Below, one piece after another: positions 28,328 to 37,247 of a stretch of DNA of 64,000 bases. Under the pieces are notes generated by a model. It was not told where the DNA came from, searched no databases, and saw only the letters and a program-made list of their open reading frames with translations. Numbering within the stretch: the first letter of the stretch is position 1; the number at the start of each line of letters is the position of its first letter. The position numbers were made by a program, and so were the translations under genes. The stretch is from positions 14,955 through 78,954 of the IMG/VR virus record IMGVR_UViG_3300036900_000025, one strand, 5' to 3'. The stretch is from a virus.

Positions 28328-28791
28328 GCGAGCAGCCCATCAAGGGTGACAAGGGAGACAAGGGCGACAAAGGCGCCACAGGGGACACATCTCTTCTCGT
28401 ACACGAAGTGCAACGTCTGGTAACGCTGGTGACGGCGCTCAACAACCGGATGACGCAGTTCCCGGACCGTGAGGAGGTGAAGCACGAGGGGCGCAGTCGG
28501 ATGATTAAGGCACTGGTGTTCGGCGTGGTCCTCATTCTTGTTGCGCAGTTGCTGACGCTTATGACCGTCAGCTACTGCTTTCTCACGCCACAACCAGGCG
28601 ACCCCCACCGGGTTCTCTGCAGTGCTATCCCCGGTTACAACAAGGCCCTCGACGACGGCCAGACACGACTCGACAGGTTTCAGCTTCTGCTAGGACAGAT
28701 CGCGCTGAACAAGAAGCTCAACCGTGAGCAGGACATTCGGCTCGAGATCCTAGAGCAGCAGCTCGCCGATCTGAAGAAGCAGAACCCCTAG
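28324..28791 (+). CDS. Membrane protein with short collagen-like (GDK)n N-terminus
   Basis: KGDKGDKGDKGATGD, central TM segment, Cys pair, coiled coil. Confidence 0.7.
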   Translation: MSEQPIKGDKGDKGDKGATGDTSLLVHEVQRLVTLVTALNNRMTQFPDREEVKHEGRSRMIKALVFGVVLILVAQLLTLMTVSYCFLTPQPGDPHRVLCSAIPGYNKALDDGQTRLDRFQLLLGQIALNKKLNREQDIRLEILEQQLADLKKQNP

Positions 28792-29981
28792 TCCTCGTCA
28801 ATCGCGGACTTCGCCTCGATCGCAACCTTTGGTTCGCCTGTCTTGTAGAAGATCATCGCCTCCACCTGCTTGCGCTGCTCAGGTGTGAGGCGTTGGTCTT
28901 TCTTTAGCTTGTCGAGCTGAGCCATAGTGATCGACACGCCGCCGTACTGCAGGAAGATCTGCGGGCCGACGATGGACTCGATGCGCTCGGGGTCAGCTTG
29001 GCGGCGACGCGAGGACTTGAAGTAGAGCCGATGCGTGTCGGACTCGATCTCGATTAGCTCGCGTTCACGGAGGTCAGTCTCGATCAGCTTGTCCAGCTCT
29101 TCGATCGCAGAGTTGATCGCAGACTGCTGGTAGGTCAGGATTGCGCGTAGGTCGATAGCGTCTTCGGCCTTCTCGATGCCGAAGGTTCCACCTACCGCGA
29201 TGTTCTTTTGCAGCGCTCCGCAGTTGGCTTTGCGGACGCAAAAGCGGCACTCGGCGTTCAGCCGCTCCTCGGATTCGCCCTCTTTCGTAGCCAAGATATC
29301 CTCGGCCTTGCGGAGGATGAAGTTCCAAGTTGCGGTGATCTCTGCACGGGTAAACACGATACCGCTGTCAGTGTGGCGCAGCATGTCGAAGACGACCCAG
29401 ATCGTGTCGTACTCGATGCCCTGCGCCTTGAGCTGGATCGCCGCCGCTAGTGCATAGATTCGCGCCTGTATCTTCTTGGGCAGATCCTGCGGGCGAACGT
29501 CCCAGCGAGACGTCTTGTAGTCAACGACCCGGAACTCCTTCTCGCCGATCTGGTCAAAGCGGTCCCAGATGTAGTTGAGGGGGATCGGACCCGCCGTGGT
29601 CGGGACATCGAAGTGATCCTTGACCTCGCATGAGATCACCTTGATCGGGTAGCCGTATCGCTCCCAGATCGTGCGGTTGTACCAGTTGGTCAGCATCTCG
29701 ATGCCGTCGTGGTAGTCAGGCGTATCGAGATCCGCTGTGCCGAACGTCGTCATGTACGACATGCGGAAGTAGACGAGAAGGTTCTCCAGAGTGTATGGCT
29801 CGGGATTCTCGCTGAGCTTCGTGGCTTTGACGAACAGCTCAAGCGCAGAGTGACACGACGTTCCGAGGCTTGCTGCGGTCCCACCTTCTCCGCGACCTCT
29901 ATTGATCTGTTCTGCTTCGTACCTCGCCATGCACAGTTCTGCAACGTGCAAAGCGGTCGCAGAGAATGACTTAGGAATCAT
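28788..29981 (-). CDS. Cas4/RecB-like PD-(D/E)XK exonuclease
   Basis: FS...C.ARY, GT..H..LE, WDR.D, VVDYKT, Q..IY, CRFC-x5-C. Confidence 0.88.
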   Translation of the reverse strand: MIPKSFSATALHVAELCMARYEAEQINRGRGEGGTAASLGTSCHSALELFVKATKLSENPEPYTLENLLVYFRMSYMTTFGTADLDTPDYHDGIEMLTNWYNRTIWERYGYPIKVISCEVKDHFDVPTTAGPIPLNYIWDRFDQIGEKEFRVVDYKTSRWDVRPQDLPKKIQARIYALAAAIQLKAQGIEYDTIWVVFDMLRHTDSGIVFTRAEITATWNFILRKAEDILATKEGESEERLNAECRFCVRKANCGALQKNIAVGGTFGIEKAEDAIDLRAILTYQQSAINSAIEELDKLIETDLRERELIEIESDTHRLYFKSSRRRQADPERIESIVGPQIFLQYGGVSITMAQLDKLKKDQRLTPEQRKQVEAMIFYKTGEPKVAIEAKSAIDED

Positions 29982-30237
29982 TGTCTATCTCATCCTGTCG
30001 GGTGATGAGTCGGCCAGCCCACACACCGTGAGTGGAGCTGGATCTGTCACGGAACTCGTCACACTGAGCCCGTACGCCACAGCCAAGGCAAACCATCTTG
30101 GCTTCGTTAGCCAGAGACGCCTGGCCACGCGGAGGGAAGAACATCTCGGGGTCTTTGTCTCGACACGCTGCCTGCCCCAACCAGACCTTGTCGTTCGGGT
30201 CGAGCTTAAAGAGGCTAAGCAGCTCCCGAACTACGCT
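29971..30237 (-). CDS. whiB: WhiB-family transcription factor domain (probably expressed as a -1 frameshift fusion)
   Basis: W...AAC...DPEMFFP...AK.VC.GC.V...C...GVWAG; no ATG/GTG/TTG upstream of the conserved Trp. Confidence 0.9.
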   Translation of the reverse strand, partial: SVVRELLSLFKLDPNDKVWLGQAACRDKDPEMFFPPRGQASLANEAKMVCLGCGVRAQCDEFRDRSSSTHGVWAGRLITRQDEIDNDS

Positions 30238-30635
30238 TTTGGGTCGTCAGCGTCCTCGTCAGAAGCAACACCCAGCTCCTGCGCGTCACGAAGAGCATCC
30301 TGACGAGCCAGCTCCTCCGGACTGAGCTCTTGCTTCGCGTCGTAGACGACAGGGCGGAAGTCTGCGCCCTGAGAGAATGGAGTGAAATTCTTGTCTAACG
30401 ACACAACCTCGATCGGAACAGCAGAGTCCTGTTCCGGCGTCGTAGGGTCCTCGCTGAACACCGGCCCCATGTCGGACTCGCCGGTCTGCTTGACCACCTC
30501 GACCTTGACTGCCTGAGGGGTCTGCTTCGGGTCGGGCTGAGAGAACACGTCCACGGCCTGCGATCCGTCAGGCGGCGGCGGCGGGGCGAAAGGGTCTACA
30601 GGCTCCATGTCCCCTGCAGCGGGTGAACTTGGCAT
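30231..30635 (-). CDS. Acidic Pro-rich protein (134 aa) ending DDPKA at a CCCAAAA slippery site
   Basis: GGAGG RBS 9 nt before ATG 30635. Confidence 0.75.
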   Translation of the reverse strand: MPSSPAAGDMEPVDPFAPPPPPDGSQAVDVFSQPDPKQTPQAVKVEVVKQTGESDMGPVFSEDPTTPEQDSAVPIEVVSLDKNFTPFSQGADFRPVVYDAKQELSPEELARQDALRDAQELGVASDEDADDPKA

Positions 30636-30697
30636 CAGTGCTAGCCTCCGTGGTGGTGTCGGGCGCGGTGCTGGCATGGTAGCCCATCGGGCCGGTA

Positions 30698-31129
30698 GTG
30701 TGGTACCGACACGCGCAGGATAGGAGACAATCGGTGCAGCCAGCCGTACAGGACATCACCGTTCGGCAAGGTGACCGATTCGACCTCTTCGTGCGTCTGC
30801 GCCAGAAGGTCTGGAATCCAGCGCTCAACGGTGGTGCGGGCGACTGGGAACCAGGCCCCTACGTTGACCTCACCGGCAAGACCGTTCGCAGCCAGGTCCG
30901 CAACACTGCCGACGACACGACGGTCCGAGCAACCTTCACTCCGACCATCAGTGATCAGGTCACTCTCAAGGGTGGCTGCCTCCTTACACTCTTTCCGGTG
31001 GACACCAGGGCCCTCATCGTCAACGCAGTCTACGACGTGGAGGTCGAGACGACTGCGACTCCAACCGACACCGAGACGTTCCTCGAGGGGGCGATCACAC
31101 TCAAGAAGGAGATCACCCGCGTACCGTGA
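30698..31129 (+). CDS. Beta-sandwich virion adaptor (BppU-N-like)
   Basis: I...QGD.F...VDLTG.T...QVR...L.L...T......YDVE...T.LEG.I....IT. Confidence 0.65.
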   Translation: MWYRHAQDRRQSVQPAVQDITVRQGDRFDLFVRLRQKVWNPALNGGAGDWEPGPYVDLTGKTVRSQVRNTADDTTVRATFTPTISDQVTLKGGCLLTLFPVDTRALIVNAVYDVEVETTATPTDTETFLEGAITLKKEITRVP

Positions 31130-31371
31130 GTTACTTCGTAGAGGTCACTCTTGACCCGGACGTCTCAGCAACCGAGGTGCCGGACAACTCGGTTGACTAC
31201 TACCTCGAAGTCTCGTACGGGAATCAGACCGAACTTCTCACCGGCATCGAAGATGTGCCCTTCGGGGTCGAAGTCAGCTTGCCAGCCTTGCCGAGAACAG
31301 ACTACGCGATCATCGCGGCAGGAAGTCCGTTACCAACTGACCCGACCATCATGGTCGTGTACGAGTACTGA
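31126..31371 (+). CDS. Small acidic structural-module protein
   Basis: GTGA coupling. Confidence 0.6.
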   Translation: MSYFVEVTLDPDVSATEVPDNSVDYYLEVSYGNQTELLTGIEDVPFGVEVSLPALPRTDYAIIAAGSPLPTDPTIMVVYEY

Positions 31372-31379
31372 GGAGAGAC

Positions 31380-31730
31380 ATGGCTGACGAAGCCACCACT
31401 CCGGCCCTGAAGAGGGGCTGTGAGCTGTGCGGAGGGGTCGATGACCACCCTCGTACACTGCACTACCTCGCACCAGGCGATGACCGCGGAGTCATGCCCG
31501 ACGATGTCCTGAACAAGCTCATCGAGAACGGCATCTCTGGCGAGATGCTCAAGGAGCTGCAGGACCCGGCGACGTTCTTTGTCCACATCGACTGCTGCGC
31601 GCAGTCGGGTCGCTGCCCGATCCCCGACGGCCCCTTCAGTCGGTCCTGCAACACGGAGTTGAGTCGCGCCAAGGTGAACGGCGAGACGGGCGACGCGATG
31701 CGCAAGAAGCTGCAGGCGGTGAGCAACTGA
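31380..31730 (+). CDS. Cys/His-rich zinc-binding protein
   Basis: CELC..VDDHPR...HIDCC...C...C; GAGGAG RBS. Confidence 0.7.
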   Translation: MADEATTPALKRGCELCGGVDDHPRTLHYLAPGDDRGVMPDDVLNKLIENGISGEMLKELQDPATFFVHIDCCAQSGRCPIPDGPFSRSCNTELSRAKVNGETGDAMRKKLQAVSN

Positions 31731-32146
31731 TGGGCGCACTCGTCGCAGTACACGGCCAGGGCCTCCTCGACGCCAGCACTGACCAGTCCGGAGCTGCCGT
31801 CCGTGTGACCACCGGCCCGCTCAAGCTTCGCCAGATGACGGCCAACGGGTCCAACACCGCTGCAGGTACCGAGGTCGCCACGGGTGGCGGCTACACCTCG
31901 GGCGTCGGTGCTCCCACCGTCACCTTCGCCGCTGCGTCGGGTACCGCACCCGTCCAGACGACGAACTCCGGTGCTGTCACGATCTCCAACTATCCACGCG
32001 CAGAGACTGTTGTGGGCATCGAGGTCTGGGACAGCGCCGGTACCCCTCTCCGCAAGTGGTGGGGTGCGCTGACTGCCTCCAAGACGATGGCAGCTGGCGA
32101 CACGCTCTCCTACGCGATCGGTGCGATTGCTCTCCAGCTTCCCTGA
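31730..32146 (+). CDS. Small beta-rich virion fibre subunit-like protein
   Basis: L.L...TA.G....GTEV..GGY...VTF.AAS...N...V....VWD.......G.L..SKT..AGDTL; strong codon bias. Confidence 0.7.
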   Translation: MGALVAVHGQGLLDASTDQSGAAVRVTTGPLKLRQMTANGSNTAAGTEVATGGGYTSGVGAPTVTFAAASGTAPVQTTNSGAVTISNYPRAETVVGIEVWDSAGTPLRKWWGALTASKTMAAGDTLSYAIGAIALQLP

Positions 32147-32159
32147 GAGCACTCAAGAC

Positions 32160-32197
32160 CAGCCGGGGTCCTCGTGGGCATCGCAGGACCCCGGCTG
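32160..32197 (+). terminator. 13-bp hairpin between the small subunit gene and the large repeat gene
   Basis: cagccggggtcct / aggaccccggctg. Confidence 0.7.
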
Positions 32198-32220
32198 ACC
32201 GACGTTTAGGGAGGTGAGTA

Positions 32221-35200
32221 GTGGCAGCGTCGTTCGTCAGGGATCATGGTGCAGCGAGCATCAAGACTGCTGGCGCAGCGAATATCAACGTTGTCACTGG
32301 CGCAACAGCTCCCGATGTTGGGAACGTTCTCGTAGCCCGCATCCTCTTCGACAACTTCTCAACTGCCAGTCAGCCTGTCGTTTCTTCGATTGCCAAGCCA
32401 GCCGGAGAGATGAACAACTGGGTCTTTCTTGGCGCCGCCCGTTCTACTTCAACTTCAGCCGGATCGTTCGCATCAGGTGAGTTGTGGGCGATCCAGACGA
32501 GTGTTGCTTGGCCTGCTAGCACTTCGTACCTCGTAACTCTGAACAACTCAGTCACGATGAAGGCCACAAGCCTCCGTGAGTTCACAAACGTTCTTCCGGT
32601 ACTTCGCAACACAGTCGGTACGGCGTACAGCACGACCACCACCGCTGCCTCCGCAACGACCACCGGCACGACGCCAGTAGTTGGTGACTTGGCGCTGGGA
32701 TTCCTATTCGGATCGAACGTTGCTTCGGCACAAGCCGGTGATACTGACACCACAGGTGGCTCTTGGAGCGCAGCTGACGGTGTTGGTTCGACTGGTGGTA
32801 ATGCCGCCACAAACAACTTCGGCATCGGTCAGTACAAGGTCTTGACAGCTGCTTCTCAGCAGACGTATAACTCGTCTGCCGCAGGGTCGGCAGGTAACGG
32901 CGCTATCGTTGCAATCTTGCAAGGTGTTGCGCCGCCAACTGCCCCCGTCACTGCTCCAACCGTTGTACTGCCGACAGCTGGTAGTCAAGAGCGCATTCTC
33001 ATCACGACACCGCCGACTCTGGAAGGTGGTGCAGCTTCATACAGCGTCTATCGCAACGGCACGCTTGTTCAGAGTTCGGTTGCGAACGCAACGCAGATCA
33101 ATGACTTCAACGCATCTGAGACATCCTCCCAGACGTACACAGTTCGTGGAGTCAACACTGCTGGTACGAGCACTGACAGTCCGGCATCCTCCAGTATCGT
33201 TGCTAACCCGGACCCACCATCAGTTACACTGACGCCGGGTGACACTACGGTTGACATCTCGGTCTTCCAGCGAACGTATAACGCGCAGTACAAGATTTAC
33301 CGGCGCAAGACACCTGTTGCTCCGTGGGTCGGTACCATCGTGCTAGGCAACGTTGCAGGTGCTACTGCTCTATCCGCAGCGGTTGACATCTCCGGTGCAA
33401 CGACAGGTGAGGTTGTATTCGTCGGAGGTCTGCTCGAAGATACGTTGACTGCGCCAGTCACGTTGCCTAGCGGATGGACACTTGCGTCCGAAGGCTCGGA
33501 AGGTGTCACTGCTGGTGCAGGTTCACACTCGTTCCTAGCTTGGCGCGTCAAGCAGGCCGGTGATACAACCTTCACGTTCTCGTGGGGTGTTGCGGGCAAG
33601 TATCAACTGATTCCGTTCTCGTACCCCGGCGTTGACACAACGACGCCTGTAGACGTTGCCGCCTACAACGCCTCTACCACTGCGGCTTCGGCTGACTCGG
33701 CATCCATCACGCCTTCTACTCCGAACAGTTGGATTATCGGTCTGTTCGGCAAGCGCGGTACGACAGCCGCTATGGCGATCACCCCTGCGACCGGGATGAC
33801 CGAGAGGGGGGAAGCAGATACTAGTGCGTCTCGCTTCCTCTCGCTGGAGTTGGCTGACACCAACGGACAGGTAACCCAGGCAGCACACTCATACAGCGCG
33901 ACCGTTACTGGCTCCACTGCCTCACACGGTGGAACGATCGTCGCCGCGTTGAACTTTGCCTGGACACTCATCAACACCTCTTCGACACTTACTGCCGGGA
34001 CGGGCAACTACGTCTACACCGACACGGCCCTCACCAACAGTACCAGTTACGACTACTCCGTAACGACGAACCCGCAGACCCCGACGGTACGAGAGTCTGT
34101 CAAGGCCATAGCCCAGCCGGCCGTTCCGGTCAGCCCGCCAGTCACCCTCGTTCCGACTGCTGATATCTCGCACTCAACGAACGCGGCTCCTGCTAGTGGT
34201 ACTGCTTTCTGGAGTCTGCTCGACGACGATCCGGCCTCTTCCACGAATGATGCAGGAACCGACTACGTCTCGATGGTCGGGTTCAGTGCAGAGAATTTCG
34301 TCGTCCAGATTGGCGACGGTGGTTCTGGCGCACCACTTGCTGTTACCATCAACCTCAGGACGAAGGGAACTGTAACTCCAGCTATCACTGTTGCGATCCT
34401 GAACTCCAGTGGTACAACACTTACGTCGAAACTGCTTACACCAGGAACCATCTCTCCAACTCTGAACTCTTGGACACTGAACTCAACAGAGTTGGCGACG
34501 ATCCCCACCCTTAACGGCTTGCGCCTGAAGATGTCGGGAAACCCTGGTGGCGAGGAATACGATGTTCTCGCTGTCAACATGGTGGCTTCTCCGGGGGCCA
34601 GTGGGCCTGCAACCCTCTCCGGTGCCGCGACACTGACCAACAGCTCGACCATCAGCGCTGGTGGTACGTTCCAGCAAGAAGCTGGTACTGCACTTAGTCA
34701 GACAAGTACGCTGTCGGCCGGTGGTGTACGTCAGCAGCCAGCCGCCATTACGCTGACTCAGGCCAGCACGGTCAACGCTACCGGGTTGCCGCTCAAGCCC
34801 GGTGCCGCTACACTCACGCAGACCAGCACGCTGGCTGGGGTCGGGGATCGCACCGCCGCGCCCTCTGTAACGCTCACGCAGACCTCCACCATCGCCGGTG
34901 CAGCTGTACCGATCAGGTTGGGCGCAGCGACGCTGACTAACAGCAGTACTGTCAACGCTGCAGCATTCGAGACGAACCTTGTCTCGGTAACGCTGACGCA
35001 GACCAGCACAATGTCTGCAGTTGGTGGCACGATTCAGACTGCCGCTGTCACACTCAGTCAGACCAGTACAATGTCTGCATTCGGTGGCGGGTTGACTGTC
35101 GGCGCGGCTACCCTGACGAACAGTTCGATCCTGGCTGGAGCTGGTGACCGTACCGCAGCACCGACTACCGCCCTCACTCAGACTAGCGTTCTCTCGAGTG

Positions 35201-36030
35201 TTGCACTTAGTACAGGGCTCGGGGCAGCTGTACTGACGCAGACAAGTACTCTCTCGAGCCAGCTCGTGCGAATCGCTATCGGCGCTATCACGCTGACTCA
35301 GACTAGCACAGTCAACTCGGCTGGCATCGAGATCAACCTCGCAGCGATCACGCTGACGAACAACTCGACTATCAATGCGCTGGCTTCTGGCTTCGGTACA
35401 CAGTCGGGCGCAGCGATGCTGACGAACAGTAGCACAATCAGTTCGGCACCAGTGATGACCGCCATTACGAGCGTCACACTGACAAACAGTAGCACAGTCA
35501 CAGTTGGAGCTGCTCGTACAGTACTGCCTGCCATCGTACTGACTAACGACAGCGTTGCGGTCATCGGCGGATTGCGGACGGTACCAGCAACAGGCACTCT
35601 CGTCCAGACGAACACGCTCGTCGTGGGCGGGATCAGGATTGCCACTGTCGCGGCCACGTTGACGAACAGCAGTATGGTCGTTGTAGGAGCCAGTAGGACG
35701 GTTCTTCCGACAGCGACGCTGACGCAGACATCTGTGCTGACTGGTGTGCCCGTGGTGACCCGTCTAGGCGGGATCACGCTCGTGCAGCCGTCCGTGGCAT
35801 CCCTCGGAGCGTTGGCGCAGCGGGTCGCCGCCGCAGTCTTGATCCAATCTAGTACGATGTCCGCCGAAGGACTAAAGATTGGGTCGTGGCCCATATCTGT
35901 ACGCGGTTCCGACGGCGACTTGCACCTAATCCAGGACGTGCATGTACGCCGACCGGATGGTGCGCTGGTGGTACCAGTACGGATTTGGGTACGTCAGCGG
36001 CCTAGCTGGGATTGGGTCAGCCTGGGATAG
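32221..36030 (+). CDS. Large Thr/Ser/Ala-rich fibre protein: beta-sandwich and FN3 domains followed by 21 repeats of 20 aa
   Basis: GGAGGT RBS; FN3 motifs YSVYRNG and Y.YTD..L.N.TSY.YSV; C-terminal repeats. Confidence 0.8.
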   Translation: MAASFVRDHGAASIKTAGAANINVVTGATAPDVGNVLVARILFDNFSTASQPVVSSIAKPAGEMNNWVFLGAARSTSTSAGSFASGELWAIQTSVAWPASTSYLVTLNNSVTMKATSLREFTNVLPVLRNTVGTAYSTTTTAASATTTGTTPVVGDLALGFLFGSNVASAQAGDTDTTGGSWSAADGVGSTGGNAATNNFGIGQYKVLTAASQQTYNSSAAGSAGNGAIVAILQGVAPPTAPVTAPTVVLPTAGSQERILITTPPTLEGGAASYSVYRNGTLVQSSVANATQINDFNASETSSQTYTVRGVNTAGTSTDSPASSSIVANPDPPSVTLTPGDTTVDISVFQRTYNAQYKIYRRKTPVAPWVGTIVLGNVAGATALSAAVDISGATTGEVVFVGGLLEDTLTAPVTLPSGWTLASEGSEGVTAGAGSHSFLAWRVKQAGDTTFTFSWGVAGKYQLIPFSYPGVDTTTPVDVAAYNASTTAASADSASITPSTPNSWIIGLFGKRGTTAAMAITPATGMTERGEADTSASRFLSLELADTNGQVTQAAHSYSATVTGSTASHGGTIVAALNFAWTLINTSSTLTAGTGNYVYTDTALTNSTSYDYSVTTNPQTPTVRESVKAIAQPAVPVSPPVTLVPTADISHSTNAAPASGTAFWSLLDDDPASSTNDAGTDYVSMVGFSAENFVVQIGDGGSGAPLAVTINLRTKGTVTPAITVAILNSSGTTLTSKLLTPGTISPTLNSWTLNSTELATIPTLNGLRLKMSGNPGGEEYDVLAVNMVASPGASGPATLSGAATLTNSSTISAGGTFQQEAGTALSQTSTLSAGGVRQQPAAITLTQASTVNATGLPLKPGAATLTQTSTLAGVGDRTAAPSVTLTQTSTIAGAAVPIRLGAATLTNSSTVNAAAFETNLVSVTLTQTSTMSAVGGTIQTAAVTLSQTSTMSAFGGGLTVGAATLTNSSILAGAGDRTAAPTTALTQTSVLSSVALSTGLGAAVLTQTSTLSSQLVRIAIGAITLTQTSTVNSAGIEINLAAITLTNNSTINALASGFGTQSGAAMLTNSSTISSAPVMTAITSVTLTNSSTVTVGAARTVLPAIVLTNDSVAVIGGLRTVPATGTLVQTNTLVVGGIRIATVAATLTNSSMVVVGASRTVLPTATLTQTSVLTGVPVVTRLGGITLVQPSVASLGALAQRVAAAVLIQSSTMSAEGLKIGSWPISVRGSDGDLHLIQDVHVRRPDGALVVPVRIWVRQRPSWDWVSLG
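34621..35886 (+). repeat. Coding tandem repeat: 21 degenerate units of 60 nt/20 aa (xAxTLT[QN][TS]STh...)
   Basis: 60-nt periodicity visible from 34621; one unit is 22 aa. Confidence 0.9.
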
Positions 36031-36511
36031 AAGCTCGGTGCGCTCCAGGCGTGTTGAGCATCTCCAGCTTTGCGATGACCTCAGAAATCACGTCTTGGCC
36101 GTAGTAGCGGCCGCAGAGTGCAAGCAGACAGACGATCACGTCAGCAGACTCCTTGACGACACTGTCGCCCTTGTACGACTTGGCTGAATTGCGGCCTTCG
36201 TCGATGGTGAGAGCTTCGGCAACCTCTCCGAGTTCTTCCATCGCCTTGCCAAGAAGGTCAACTGACGTTGCGTTGGGAAAGCGCGCCTCGTGCCACTTGG
36301 TGGCAGTAGTAACGAGTCGGTTGTCTGACACTCTTTCTCCCATGTAGTGAACCACGGTTACTGGACCGTAGTTGCCTGCGATCTTTGTCCATGACTCTGG
36401 ATCCTCTGAAGAGTCTCCAACCCAGTACCCTTCAGGCAAGTGGACCCAACGTTGGCCTTCCGAGTCTCTGACGATTGACGCAACTGGTGGTTCGGGATCA
36501 GTCGAAGTCAA
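36017..36511 (-). CDS. mazG: MazG-like nucleotide pyrophosphohydrolase with small N-terminal domain
   Basis: KAMEELGEVAEA...ESADV; probable TTG start overlapping the methylase end. Confidence 0.8.
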   Translation of the reverse strand: MTSTDPEPPVASIVRDSEGQRWVHLPEGYWVGDSSEDPESWTKIAGNYGPVTVVHYMGERVSDNRLVTTATKWHEARFPNATSVDLLGKAMEELGEVAEALTIDEGRNSAKSYKGDSVVKESADVIVCLLALCGRYYGQDVISEVIAKLEMLNTPGAHRASIPG

Positions 36512-37247
36512 AGCCTGCGCCTTCGCCTTCGAGGAGCTTGGCACTAGCACGCCTCCAGTTCTCTTCATCGTACTCGATGCCGATTGCACACCGAGCCATA
36601 CGCTCTGCTGCCCGGACGAGTGAGCCACTTCCTCCGAATGGGTCGATCAGCCAGTCACCAGGATTGGTAGAATGTGCGATCAGCTTCTCCAGGAGTGCTG
36701 TCGGCTTCTCGTGAGGATGGATCAGCTCGTTGGGCCGGAGTTGGGGTGTGTGGAGGACGTTGTTACGCCTGATGTCTGACTTCGGACGGTCCCCACGCTT
36801 GTAGTAGAGAATGAACTCGCAGCCCATCCCCCAGGACTCCAGGTCCCCCATCCCTGGGCCGTCCTTCTCCCACACCAGGATCGCCTTGCGAGTGAACCCG
36901 TGAGGGGCGAAGAGGTCCCTCGTGAACGTCAGCCACTCCTCGAGGACTTGGTGCGCCGTAAAGACGTAGATGTCCGAGGCAGGCTTTAGTGCGGGCATGA
37001 GGGAGGAGAACACGTTGGTAAAGGTCCGCATGGCGACCTCGGGCGATTCGTCGTTGGCGATCTTCCGAGCGTTCGCCTTGCCGTCAGCGGTCACCGCCAT
37101 GTTGGAGAGGTTATCCACTCCGAAGGGCGGGTCGGTGATGACTGACTGGATCATCCCAGGCTTGAGCAGCTTCGTCAGGTGAACACTGTCACCGTGCCAG
37201 ATCTGATGCTGCGACGTGTTCTTGCCGGGGACAACTAGGTCAGTCAT
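36498..37247 (-). CDS. DNA methyltransferase (N6-A/N4-C, beta class)
   Basis: ITDPPF, HPHEKP, DPFGGSGS, GIE. Confidence 0.9.
   Translation of the reverse strand: MTDLVVPGKNTSQHQIWHGDSVHLTKLLKPGMIQSVITDPPFGVDNLSNMAVTADGKANARKIANDESPEVAMRTFTNVFSSLMPALKPASDIYVFTAHQVLEEWLTFTRDLFAPHGFTRKAILVWEKDGPGMGDLESWGMGCEFILYYKRGDRPKSDIRRNNVLHTPQLRPNELIHPHEKPTALLEKLIAHSTNPGDWLIDPFGGSGSLVRAAERMARCAIGIEYDEENWRRASAKLLEGEGAGFDFD

Noticed and set aside
28788-29981. Cas4-like gene as evidence of a CRISPR system
   Set aside because: No repeat-spacer array or other cas genes seen; solo Cas4/RecB-like nucleases are common in actinophages.
34621-35886. 60-nt periodicity as a CRISPR-like or guide-RNA array
   Set aside because: Conservation is at the amino-acid level with synonymous variation; it is a coding repeat.
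28788-36030. Recombinase-invertible segment explaining the strand switches
   Set aside because: No inverted repeats found at 28788, 30680 or 36030.
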